A stretch of DNA of 64,000 bases from Paramoeba atlantica (lineage: Eukaryota; Protista; Discosea). The notes under the pieces are model-generated. The model did no database searches. It was not told the origin of the DNA and worked only from the letters and a program-made list of their open reading frames with translations. Made by a program: the position numbers and the translations under genes. How positions within the stretch are numbered: the stretch's first letter is position 1; each line of letters starts with the position of its first letter. The DNA lies in contig CDRNVI010000059.1 of NCBI GenBank assembly GCA_977017575.1, positions 124,001 through 188,000 of the forward strand. The letters run 5' to 3'. Below, piece after piece: positions 13,043-23,963 of the stretch.

Positions 13043-13811
13043 AAAATCTTTCAAAACGAATAACAGTGTAACAAATAAAACGAAACAACACTTCAGTTAA
13101 ACACATGCGGTGGCATACAAAAGTAAAAAGATGGCAAATAGGCAAGTTAACAGAGAAGTAAAAAACTTAAGTCGAAAAAAATTATCATCAAATTATTTCT
13201 ACTGAAGATATTGAAAAAGACTGCAGCTCTAGATACATTGCAGGAAGATAAAGACAAATTATTGTCCGTACTTCCACCTCTTTAACCTTTGCGAAAGAGT
13301 GCATCGGGTGAGTTTCCTCATTTTTTTCCGAAAAAAACCATACACGGTGAAAAGGGACTTTCCCCCCCAAAAAAGCTTAAAATTTCATGGTAGTTTTCGC
13401 TGCATAACTTCGAGTATTATCTACTGTAAGTGAGTGATTAAAGGATTATATTTTTGCTACTTACACGATTCTTATCAACTTTCTTTGCATAGGCTGCAAA
13501 ACGTATGACCGCATCAAGTTTCGTAGTTCGGAACCTTGGATGACACGGTAATAGAAGACTACCGTATGATGTGAATCAGGGACAGCTCGTAATCCACTGT
13601 TGAAGAAATTTGAAATCGTTTTCCGGACTCAGAACCGGAATAAAGCTCATAAATTTTCTTGTTTGGTACATTCTACTAAAGAAAATAAGAGCTTCAAAGT
13701 TTTTTGGGCGAAAAAAGTCCCCTTTGACCTTTGTATGCTTGTGCTCGCATCTGATCTTCCTTTTCTTTCATTTAGATCGTCTCTCCCTGCTTTTCATTTG
13801 TATTTGTGACC

Positions 13812-14444
13812 ATGTATTGCACGTTTTTCAACGCCGCCGATGAGTTATCGCGACCCAACAAAGTACGCGGGGCGATCCTACCCGCCGAATACAACCTGGT
13901 GCAACTCTTGAGCAAAGCAGAATTCTCAGAACCGTCCTGGAGTTTACACACTCCAGCACGTCAGTGGAAGGGCATAAAATGCAATGATGAGGATGAAATC
14001 ACACACCTAAATTGGCTGGCGGATTTCTTCGATCCCACTTCTCTATCTATTAAAGGGGAACTTCTTTGGCAGCACCTGCCCCGTACATTGGTGCATTTTT
14101 GCGCGATGTGTCAAGGGATATCGGGACCGGTAGACTTGTCGTTGTTGCCTCCGACATTACACGAATTCAACATCGATATGAATAAGTGTGACGGATCGTT
14201 GGACTTAACTAATTTGCCCCATAGACTTGAGATACTCAGTTTAGCGTTCAATCTTTTTTCTGAGGAGATCGATCTGACACGTCTGCCAGCATCGATCCGT
14301 GAGTTAAAGTTGACTGGCAATTCCTTATGTGGGGACATAGATTTGACCAAACTTCCTGCGAGCTTGTCGGTGTTAGAACTCTTAGGAAATCGCATCAATC
14401 GTCCTAAACATGTCCCCAAATTTGTTAATATAGGAAGTCGTTGA
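13812..14444 (+). CDS. LRR family protein 3 (LRR-B)
   Basis: SRPNKVRGAILPAEY motif, cap, about 5 LRRs. Polypyrimidine tract and AG upstream. Confidence 0.9.
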   Translation: MYCTFFNAADELSRPNKVRGAILPAEYNLVQLLSKAEFSEPSWSLHTPARQWKGIKCNDEDEITHLNWLADFFDPTSLSIKGELLWQHLPRTLVHFCAMCQGISGPVDLSLLPPTLHEFNIDMNKCDGSLDLTNLPHRLEILSLAFNLFSEEIDLTRLPASIRELKLTGNSLCGDIDLTKLPASLSVLELLGNRINRPKHVPKFVNIGSR

Positions 14445-14776
14445 CCCAAAGTACTAAAGTAATTCCTCATTTGAAGGCTGTCGAAGAGTTGCTAGTCGTC
14501 GAAGGAAGCGTTTTCAATAAAGTAAAAATTGATTAATATTGTTTTAAGGTCTGCTATTAGGCTTGTTCATGACTTTGTACAAATCACTGAGAATTAATTC
14601 AATTGACACGTAACACATGGAAAACTGACGAGTGCGCTCTTACCTTCCGATTTAATTCTTACTTTCCACAACGAAGCATACGAATACAACTTTGGTGCCC
14701 CAGCCTTCATTTTTTCTCAACCTATTTCCTCTTTTTTTTCACTATATACGCTCGTTGTCTCTCCGATGCTATCCAC

Positions 14777-14925
14777 ATGGCACGCACCGTAAAGTACTTC
14801 TACCGTACCCGAGCCCGGGGCTTCTTTGGTCGTCTCCCCCTGGAGCGTATTGAGCGGGCGCTCGCGATGGAGTACTGCAAGGAGGGCCGCATGCAGCCAT
14901 GGAGCTACTCGAAGGAACAGGTCCT
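14777..14925 (+). pseudogene. 5'-only copy of bL19m-like gene
   Basis: Nearly identical to 22143-22291, then breaks after ..GAACAGGTCCT into a transposase fragment. Confidence 0.9.
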
Positions 14926-15553
14926 CCCAGTGCGAACGAAAAAAACTGGCCATGCCACTTTCTTCATAAGCCAGTAAAATCTGTTCGGAGTTAAGAGAAG
15001 CACCCTGTTCTCCCTCAAAGATGAAGAAGAACAGACCGTAGTTATAAGAATACCCCATCCACACCATTATCCCTCTCCCCCCAAAATGTTTTCTCCGCCT
15101 GTCCGATTGCCTCAGACGAGGTGCTTGTTTGCGACCGACGTAAAAGTCCGCGTTTGACCCCGCACAGCAACTGAACAGTTCTGCGTCGGGAAAAACAATG
15201 TTCAGGTAGTCAGCGTCATTCCACTTATGCATGTCCTTCACATACTTAGTTGAATGTGACGCGGTTTGAGACCAAGGTCTTTGGCCTTGCGAAGGCACCC
15301 ATAGCCCCTAAAATTATGAGCTCGCTGGGCACTACTCAGGGAGCCTCCGTGATTGCTTCGCACCTCGCGATGCACGACAGAGAACGTAGGACAACCCTCC
15401 ACGGTATCCTTCGACACTCTCCGGCACGCAGAAACACATGCTTCAACGTACGTTTGTGTAAGGACCATGCGCACCCCCTCGCGAGGTGGAGTACTGACAT
15501 GCCCGTGCTCCTCATACTTACGCACCCAATACTTTACAGTCCTGCGGCCAAGT
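14926..15553 (-). mobile_element. Tc1/Tc3-like transposase fragment without termini
   Basis: Minus frames: RTVKYWVRKYEEHGHVSTPPREG, W.DADYLNIVFPD, RHFGGRGIMVWMG. Frameshifted. Confidence 0.75.
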
Positions 15554-16330
15554 AATCTTGGACTGTGGAAACTCCAGCATGTGAATGGAAGTACGTAAAA
15601 TGCAATTCTAAGAAAGAAGTCACTCATCTATATTGGAGTTCGAGCATTTTTGAATCAGAGTGTCCCACGATCGAAGGCCAATTACTTTGGAAATTTATAC
15701 CACACACGCTACTGTACCTTGGCACTTTCTGGCAATCCATAACAGGAACCGTGGAGCTATCATTACTCCCTCCACATATGGACTCTTCACCTCTCCCCGG
15801 CTCGCTCTCTTCGAGTGAGCTTTCTTCCCTCCCCGGCTCTCTCCTTCTCGTGCTTTCTTCTCCCGGAAGCTGTGCGCCATGGTGGCCTCCCTTGAGGACC
15901 ACTGGGCGTGCTACAGCGGGAGGACACATTGTATGCGTGTATAGGGGATGCGAACTTGCACCCCTCTCTCCCTACATGCTGTAGCGAGTGCGGCGGTAAC
16001 GGACCTCCCCATGATGCATCATGATCCACGATAGACCATCTGACAGCATGAACCCACGGCTTGACCGTGTTGCAGCATGAACCATGGCTATACGTGCTGT
16101 AGCATGACCGATGGCCGACTCGTCTCCTACCTCGCACTCCACTCTCTGTGTCACACCCGTCGTATGCGGGTCATGCGCCGATGGTATCGGCCGTCACACA
16201 GAGAGACGTATCTCTGCGCCACGAGCGTATGATATCATGCATGTAAGGGGGGGTCACAGCAATCGTTTTGAAATATCTGAACACGTACCAGACGTTGTGA
16301 ATATTGAACATCAGGATGTAAAAAAAAACT
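15554..16330 (+). pseudogene. Disrupted paralog of LRR-A
   Basis: 15554-15780 matches 12526-12750 and 16261-16330 matches the 3' end of LRR-A (12981-13050). The 5' end and the middle are replaced by foreign sequence. Confidence 0.88.
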
Positions 16331-17471
16331 CTCAAAACGAACTACTCCCCCTGTCATTGATAATGATAATCTTAAAAAGAATATCATTCTACACACCCTG
16401 TATTCAATTTGCAGTAATTTACTACAAATCAACTACTAATCAACTAGTACTATAACTACTACTACTATAACCATAACTACTACTACAAATCAACTACTAT
16501 CAATTGTACAAATTGATACACATTACTACATTTTTATCTCAATACATTTACATTTCTTTTAAGAAATTTTCTTTCTTTTTTGCTTCTACCTTAAAAAGAA
16601 TGATTTTTAAGAGGGTTGAAATCCCCAGCCGCACCCACCCGCACCCACCCGCACCCAGTGCATCTTCAACGGCAAAGACTTAGCGAAATTTGGGAGATCC
16701 AAAAGGAACACGTTCGGGGTACTACTCCCCGAGAGGGATGACTTTTTTTCAGTCAATTTCAAAGTACGAGTGCTTCACTATACGCGTTTGTTTTTGCAGA
16801 ATGCAACCCAAAAGAAAGTTCGAGTTGTGCAGACTAAAAACCTTTCACAAAATGAACTTTATGTCCTTATGTTGACATAAAAAATTTAAGAAAATAATTT
16901 GGCGTTGTCCTTTTTTTCCCGCGCAAGATCCTTCTTTCTCTGCTTTGCCGGCGGGGACTACGGCAGAGTCGACGGCGGTGTTCGCGGTGACCGCGAGGGT
17001 GGTGGAGGGGGCTGCGGTGGGGTCGACGGGTACGACGTCAACGGTGGTGATCGTGGAGACCGGGGAGGGAAGGACTGCTGAGAGGGTGGGGCGCTCGTCG
17101 GCGGGGAACGCGGATTTGGCACTGTTTTCTTTTTCGGCCGGGTGTGGGGGAGGGTCAAAATCTCAGGAGCTACTCCTGTTTCTTTCGCCTTGGAGCGTGT
17201 GATCACTCCCATGAAAAGTGAGAATAAGAAAAAAGAAGACAAGGTTTAGTCCTTGCAGGAGGATTTTTTTTTCTCAAAATAAATCTGAAGAAATACTGAC
17301 AATATCAGAATCTTTTCAGAATTCTCTACATTACACAAACGGTATTTTTATCGTTGTGGAGACTGAATACCACTATCCTCCATTCATCTGAATATCTCAA
17401 TACTATTCTCAACATTAAAGTCCGTCCTGCATATCTCGCACAATGATGCAAAAAGAAATAATGATGATAAT

Positions 17472-18560
17472 TCAAGATCGAGGGTTCGCCCAAGTTCGAA
17501 ATCCTTCGTACAGTTCACGCACAATAGAGTAATACACTTCTTGTAAGGCACTTTTTTCCCCGTGAATACGCTTTAACTTGGAGTCTAATTCTTTGCGAGC
17601 TACATGGTTAACAGGAGCTCCATCTACCATGAGGTAGCGTAACTTCATCAGATTTTCATCCGATATGCAGGAACGCAGTGTCGTAATCAAGGCTTCGGAC
17701 ATTTCAATGCCATTGTAGCCTTTGTGCTTGGGGTGGTAAATCGGGGGCAGTACGAAATGCTTACGACCAACGTACAAAATCGCAATCAGGACATGCTCAT
17801 ATAATACGGTATCAACTCCGCCATCCACTGCCATGCCAAAAAACGTTGCTCGATCAAGCTGTTCAGTGAACAAGGCCCACACCTTGTCGGCGACGCGGCG
17901 TTCGTAGCGGTGAAACACCTTCGCACTAGGTGTTGCGTCGATGACATCCTTTGAATCTATTTTCGAAGGGCGGAGAGCTTCATATTCTGCAACGAACTTA
18001 AGGAAAGCATCCGTCGACAGACTATGTTTCGCGGCAAGACGTGGCCAATCAATTCGTACAAAATGCTGGACTTGGGCTTTCTGTGATTCCGCATCTACTT
18101 GTGCGTCGGTATCGCTGATTGCGCCTGTGCAAGTCTTTAAGTGCTTATAGCACAATGCTTCAATCTTACTGTGTGTTATAAAAGAGCATTGCGTACATTT
18201 CACGTGTCTAGCGTGGTCCATGCTGTCGCATTTAATGGTGTTGACGGGGTTTTCGTCATTTTTTACGGCCCAAGCTTCACATCCTTTTTCAGCGCATGTG
18301 AAGTCACATCTCTCATAAACCAAGATGTTTTGATTTCTGAGAGAACTGAGCGATAGGGGGTCATTTCCAGTATTGCTTCTTCCTCTACGAGGGCGAGGAG
18401 AATCCTGGATCAACGCATTTTCTACGTTAACCGCTATTTGTGTTGGAGTTGTTTCTAGTCGCTCCATTACGGCAGCCGCGTTTTCTCGATGGGCTTGCGC
18501 AGTGGCGTTCCTGCGTCTTCGAGTGTCCGGGGGAGAAGCGTACTCGATCGGACTTTTCAT
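17472..18560 (-). mobile_element. Truncated hAT-like transposase
   Basis: Cys/His finger-like N-terminus, FFGMAVDGGVD (first catalytic D) and YLMVDGAPVN (second D). Ends before the CxxH and dimerisation region. Confidence 0.62.
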
Positions 18561-18890
18561 TTATGTGAAAAAGTGCTGGAGCCTAAAATAAGTTTAGAAC
18601 GTCAAATAATGAGGATGTCACGTACATTCTATTTTCTTCGCACTAAATTAAAAGGAATTTATTAAAGAGGAAGAAAGAATTAATTTTAAAAATTAATTCT
18701 TAATTTTAATATTAATATTAAAATTATTAATAAATTTTAAATCCATATTTAAAATATACATTGTATGCAAAAAATTTACGTGTGGGAAAAAAGTAGTAAT
18801 TATTACTTTTTAAGTAGTAACTTTAGTAATTACTATAGTAATTACTAATTTACTAGTCTAAGCTATGGATATGCGTAGTAGAGGCATGCA

Positions 18891-19092
18891 AAAATGCCGG
18901 CGTTGGTAATACCTTCTCAGGATAATAGCAACGCCACGTTTTCTAAGCCTCGGAAATGGAGCTTGATTGCCTGAAATGATGCCAGTCTGACCTCTTTCCC
19001 TTTCTCTTTTTTTTGTTATATTCATCATTTCGAGGCTGAGAAAACGTGGCGTTGCTATTATCCTGAGAAGGTACTACCAACGCCGGCATTTT
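18891..19092. repeat. Fold-back element with about 68-bp near-perfect arms
   Basis: AAAATGCCGGCGTTGGTAATACCTTCTCAGGATAATAGCAACGCCACGTTTTCT..GCCTCG..AATG and its reverse complement ending at 19092. No TSD found. Confidence 0.8.
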
Positions 19093-20007
19093 CACAGCCT
19101 TCGTAGGCACATTGATACCGGGATCAAGCCCATGTTGCTAAGATTAACATGAAGGAGGCAAGCATTAAGTGCCCCTCTCCTCCTGACCAAAAAAGGGAAA
19201 TTCTTACTTTTCCCAGTATTCCTGGGAAAGCAACTAACCCGAGGGATGACCCTCCTAGCACTCCTGAGGATGACCCCAACTAAACTGAGGGATGACCCTT
19301 CGCCTACCGCCTCACACTTCGTCGAGGAAACGACGACGCCGGGCTTGGGACCGGTATCAAGCGTGTTTACGAAGGCTGTGAAAATGGTCGTGCTACGCGA
19401 TAGCTGTCGTGGAAACTTATCTTGTCCAAGAATAAAAAGAGTTTCATCTACGCTCAAAAATTCCACATCATCCGATGGGTTTTTCATCTGGTAAACCGTA
19501 AGTACCTTTTCACACAAATGATCAAGTTTGTGTATACAATGGAAGGAACCCCAAAAAAATTAGAAACGTAGCTAAGTATCGCGTATTGTGATAAGAAAAA
19601 CTTGAAATAGACAGCATATAAATACAAACTGACGTAGGGCTGATATACTGTATGTATGAGGATCGTAGGGAAAAAATTGAGCCCTCCCCCAAAAAAGAAA
19701 TCTGGCGCCGCTTCGCGGCGCCTCCTGCCCAGTCTCGTCAAAAAGGACCAATAAGTGGGGGGGGGGTATGACAAATAAGTGGGGGGACACAGTATGTACT
19801 AAGTGTGAATGAATGTGATACAATTTAAAAACAGTGCAAAACACTTAACCGTGCTTTGACAGTTGATTCGAGATCATGGTTTCATTTTAGTAGTCGTAAA
19901 GACATGTGAGCCTTAACCGAGTACAGCGAGTACGTACTCGCTTACCCCTTTAGGTATGAATCTTAGGAAATACGTGATTTTGATATTAACCCGCCGACAC
20001 TTTAATA

Positions 20008-20350
20008 TCAAAATTGCCAGCTTAATATCAAACTTTGATTTTGATATTGGAGTGACCCCCGGTTTATGTCAGATTGGACAAAGCATTCGCAGTCATGAAT
20101 CCGACCCTCGAAAGGTCCACACCAGGCCAAAGGACAACCGTCCATCATGAGAAGAACTTGAAAAGTCCAATACTTCGCGGCCTTTTTCGCGTTATATAAT
20201 ACACTGGGCCCACGGCTGTACACGGGGACGCCGTCGAGTATGCTTAACACAATGTAAAAAGCCTTTTCTCGGATAGAAAATATTCTCTGTGTCGGCCAGA
20301 TTGCCAGTCTCATCAGAAAGCTTCAAGGCCGGCTGAATAATTTTTATACA
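20008..20350 (-). mobile_element. PIF/Harbinger-like (DDE_Tnp_4) transposase fragment
   Basis: ILDGVPVYSRG..LYNAKKAAKYWTFQVLLMMDGCPLAWCGPFEGRIHD. Paralog of 33968-35093. Cut by a Tc1 insertion at TA 20351. Confidence 0.75.
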
Positions 20351-20352
20351 TA

Positions 20353-20677
20353 CAGGGGTGCAAATCAGATGCTGGGGGGGGTCTAACATTAACAATGTTT
20401 GCGCAATTTTAGAAAATAATAGCGCATTCGAGAGCTCTCGCAGAGATCTATGTATTGGGATAGGCGGTTTCCCGGGGTGTAAGGGGGTGGTCAACTGAGG
20501 AGAAGCCCAAAAACGTCAAAATGCAAAAAATGAATGAAAATTTTTGTACGTTCAATAATTACAACTTTCACCTTTTTTCTACTACTATGCCGAAACGCCG
20601 CGGCATGCTGTTTAAAGTGTTTATGAGAATGTCATGACCATCTGTTTTAATGTAATCAACCGCCTTTTCAATAGAAC
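20353..20677 (-). mobile_element. 3' end of the same Tc1 family as 193-1303
   Basis: Reverse complement of about 975-1303, including the long TIR and terminal TA. Confidence 0.88.
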
Positions 20678-20679
20678 AT

Positions 20680-20886
20680 CCCCGGTTTCCTCAAATCGCT
20701 TAACCCACAACTTAACATGCTGTCGTGGACGCCTTGTCTTTGGCAAGTGACACTGTAGGAGTTTGTATTCTCGTAATCTTTAACGAGAAGCATCCTGTGT
20801 GAATATTTTGTGTGCCCCGGGGGTTTATGTGATCCATCAGATAAGCTTTTACTGTTTTGCTTAGAGCGGGATCGCTTTTGCGGCAT
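20680..20886 (-). mobile_element. Possible pogo N-terminal HTH remnant
   Basis: KYSHRMLLVKDYENTNSYSVTCQRQGVHDSML resembles the pogo/Brinker-type HTH pattern. Weak. Confidence 0.3.
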
Positions 20887-20991
20887 AATAGTCTGAAAAA
20901 ATTATCATAAAATTATTTCTACTGAAGATATTGATCTTCCTTTTCTTTCATTTAGATCGTCTCTCCCTCCTTTTCATTTGTATTTGTGACC

Positions 20992-21642
20992 ATGTATTAC
21001 ACGTTTTTCAACGCCGCCGATGAGTTATCGCGACCCAGCAAAGTACGCGGGGCGATCCTACCGGGCGAATACAGCCTGGTGCAACTCTTGAGTAAAGCAG
21101 AATTCTCAGAACCGTCCTGGAGTGTGCACACTCCAGCACGTCAGTGGGAGGGCGTAAAATGCAATGATGAGGATGAAATCACGGACCTAAATTGGGTGGC
21201 GGATTTCCACTCTGCCAGTTCTCCACGTATTAGAGGGGAACTTCTTTGGCAACACCTGCCCCATACATTGGTGCATTTTTTCGCGATGTTTCATGGGATA
21301 TCGGGACCGGTAGACTTGTCGTCGTTGCCTCCTGCGTTAATCGAATTCAACATCGATATGAATCAGTTTGACGGATCGTTGGACTTAACTAATTTGCCCC
21401 ATAGACTTGAGATACTCAGTTTAGCGTACAATCTATTTTCTGGGGAGATCGATCTGACACGTCTGCCAGCATCGATCCGTGAGTTAAGGCTAGCTGGCAA
21501 TGACTTATGTGGGGATATAGATTTGACCAAACTTCCTGCGAGCTTGTCGGTACTAGAACTCTTATTAAATCGCATCAATCGTCCTAAACATGTCCCTAAA
21601 TTCGTTGATATAGGAAGTAGTTCACCCAATGTACCAAAGTAA
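20992..21642 (+). CDS. LRR family protein 4 (LRR-B paralog)
   Basis: Paralog of 13812-14444. The paralog's TGA is TCA here, extending the C-terminus. Confidence 0.9.
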   Translation: MYYTFFNAADELSRPSKVRGAILPGEYSLVQLLSKAEFSEPSWSVHTPARQWEGVKCNDEDEITDLNWVADFHSASSPRIRGELLWQHLPHTLVHFFAMFHGISGPVDLSSLPPALIEFNIDMNQFDGSLDLTNLPHRLEILSLAYNLFSGEIDLTRLPASIRELRLAGNDLCGDIDLTKLPASLSVLELLLNRINRPKHVPKFVDIGSSSPNVPK

Positions 21643-22142
21643 TTCCACATTTGAAGGCTGTCGAAGAGTTGCTAGTCGTCGAAGGAAGCGTTTTCAATAA
21701 AGTAAAAATTGATTACCCCTATTATATTGTTTTAAGGTAATATTGTTTTAAGGTCTGCTATTAGGCTTCTTCATGACTTTGTACAAATCACTGAGAATCA
21801 CGTATTGACACGTAACACATGAAAAACTCACAAGTGCGCTCTTACTTTCCGATTTAATTTTTAATTTCCACAATTTAATTATTGTTTCAAATACTCGAAC
21901 ATAGTGGCGGGACGGCAAATAATTATTCCTTCGCTAAGCGTACATACATACAGTACGTATGTAGAGTTGAGGTGAGTCCTTTTGCGTACGACTAGTTCGT
22001 ATGCGAGTTTACTAATATACTTAGTATGCGAAGCCTACGAAATACAACTTTGGTGTACAAGACAGCATACAAGTCATTTTTGCTCAACGTTTTTCCTCTC
22101 TTTTTCACTATATACGCTCGTTGTCTCTCCGATGCTATCCAC

Positions 22143-22565
22143 ATGGCACGCACCGTAAAGTACTTCTACCGTACCCGAGCCCGGGCCTTCTTTGGTCGTC
22201 TCCCACTGGGTCGTATTGAGAGGGCGCTCGCGATGGAGTACTGCAAGGAGGGCCGCATGCAGCCATGGAGCTACTCGAAGGAACAGGTCCTGGGGGCCCC
22301 GGTGACCTTGTCGGTCGCCTACCAACCCAAACCACTGCGTCTAGTGGGAACCATAATGGACACTTACCGTGATGAGACCCACTTAAACGGCGGTCTGAAA
22401 GTATTTTGCAAGTATGAGGAGACCAACATGATGCTTTGGGTGCCGCTGGCAAATCCAAAGATTAAAGTGGAGATTAGCCCCGCGACAGGGACGTTCGAGC
22501 ATTTTCTAGAGGACAGGGATCGCTGGGATGATGCGTTTATGTCCGGGAAGGCACGGCTGAAGTAA
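22143..22565 (+). CDS. Putative mitochondrial ribosomal protein bL19m (kinetoplastid type)
   Basis: VLGAPVTLSV...RLVGTIMD......GGLKVFCKYEETNMMLWVPLANPKIKVEI follows the bL19 SH3-like pattern (G.V.V...F.G.VI......FTVRK...GVE..FPL.SP.I.KIEV). Assigned by pattern only. Confidence 0.55.
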   Translation: MARTVKYFYRTRARAFFGRLPLGRIERALAMEYCKEGRMQPWSYSKEQVLGAPVTLSVAYQPKPLRLVGTIMDTYRDETHLNGGLKVFCKYEETNMMLWVPLANPKIKVEISPATGTFEHFLEDRDRWDDAFMSGKARLK

Positions 22566-22818
22566 GATGCAGCAAACCGACGGTGCAAAGTTCGTCTATT
22601 CGCCACGCTGCTACGGAGGCTCGTTGTTAGTGCATCGACTATAGACCGTAAATTCATAAACCATGCTTAAAGTGTACGCTACACGTCCGAGACACCAAAT
22701 ATTTTAGAGTGCACCAGATCTTTTTTTTCGCAGTTTTGTCATCGTACCTTACATTTAGAGATGTGAAAAGGGAAATTAAACAATCCAAATCATCTTTTAC
22801 TTTTCCCTTTTTTCGATC

Positions 22819-23442
22819 ATGAGCGATTCCCATTCACTCCCCTCTGCAACCGCCTCCACGCCTGTATTCGGTGCCGAAATACCCCAGGTAGAAGCCATGG
22901 CTCGTTTTGTCGGCAAACTTATTAACCCACATAAAACCTGGCAGGTGTCGAATCCGGCATGTTCCTGGCGTGGGGTTCACTGCGACCAACACGGGAAGAT
23001 CTCGGAGATACGCTGGGAAGACGTGCAGACGAAACTCACGGGGGTGTTGCAATGGCCGTATCTCCCACGAACCACAAAGGTGTTTACGCTTTATGTGTAC
23101 TCAGAGGGACGACTACCGCTGACTGGGTCCTTGCCCTGCGGTGCGCTTCCTCCGGGGCTGAACGAGTTTGTCCTAAGTAACACAAATTCGGATGGTGGGT
23201 TGTCTCTGGAAGAGCTGCCGCGGGAGATACGATCGTTCGACGTGCATGACAATAAATTCAGTGGCACAGTTGATCTTCGTGCGCTTCCGGAAACTCTTGA
23301 AGAGTTATTTCTAAACGACAATGGACTTGAAGGGTTGGTAGATGTTACGAAACTTCCAAAGAAGATGAGCGAACTCCATTTATATGCTACCGATCTTGCA
23401 ATTCCGAGCGACATGACTATTCCGGAATGTGTTATGATTTAA
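22819..23442 (+). CDS. LRR family protein 5
   Basis: NPHKTW...PACSWRGVHCD cap, about 5 LRRs. Confidence 0.88.
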   Translation: MSDSHSLPSATASTPVFGAEIPQVEAMARFVGKLINPHKTWQVSNPACSWRGVHCDQHGKISEIRWEDVQTKLTGVLQWPYLPRTTKVFTLYVYSEGRLPLTGSLPCGALPPGLNEFVLSNTNSDGGLSLEELPREIRSFDVHDNKFSGTVDLRALPETLEELFLNDNGLEGLVDVTKLPKKMSELHLYATDLAIPSDMTIPECVMI

Positions 23443-23694
23443 CTGAGGGTTGCCATACGCACACTGATTGGTTCGACATCAAAGTTGCGTTCTACGATGT
23501 GTTTCGCGCAGAGCGCGTGTCGTTATGTGTATACTTATGAAATTAGTTTCTTAGACTTGTACAAAGCAATATATGTGTAGGTGTACTTGTTATGTTGTAG
23601 ACCTCCCGACTGGTTACGGGGACGCAAGGCCGCACCAAGGCTGCTTACACCAATGACAAGGCTTTCGCAGTCCCATTGGGAGGGTTGCTCGGAG

Positions 23695-23963
23695 CATTTC
23701 CTACGCTCAATTGTAGATCTGACGATATCTTCCGAACTGATAATCCGTTCTTTAGTTTTTCTATAACAAGCCTACGTAGATCACTGGGTGCACTGCGCAT
23801 AGTGCAATGAAACGCAAAGTAAACAAAGAGAATCTTACTCCATTTGCTATACTTTTTATGCGCAGTACACCCAGTGATCTACGTAGGCTTGTTATAGAAA
23901 AACTAAAGAACGGATTATCAGTTCGGAAGATATCGTCAGATCTACAATTGAGCGTAGGAAATG
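23695..23963. repeat. 107-bp inverted duplication (1 mismatch, 55-nt loop) of a transposase 5' end
   Basis: 23695-23801 is the reverse complement of 23857-23963 except at one base. Confidence 0.95.

Larger units (their letters stand above)
13175..14925 (+). repeat. Segmental duplication, copy 1 (spacer + LRR-B + bL19m 5' end); copy 2 at about 20895-22291
   Basis: Near-identical sequence through the intergenic regions (e.g. AAATTATTTCTACTGAAGATATTGA; GAAGGCTGTCGAAGAGTTGCTAGTCGTCG) with indels. Confidence 0.92.

Noticed and set aside
16610-16660. tRNA-like T-arm (GGGTTGAAATCCC)
   Set aside because: No acceptor, D or anticodon arms. It is followed by a CCCACCCGCA microrepeat.
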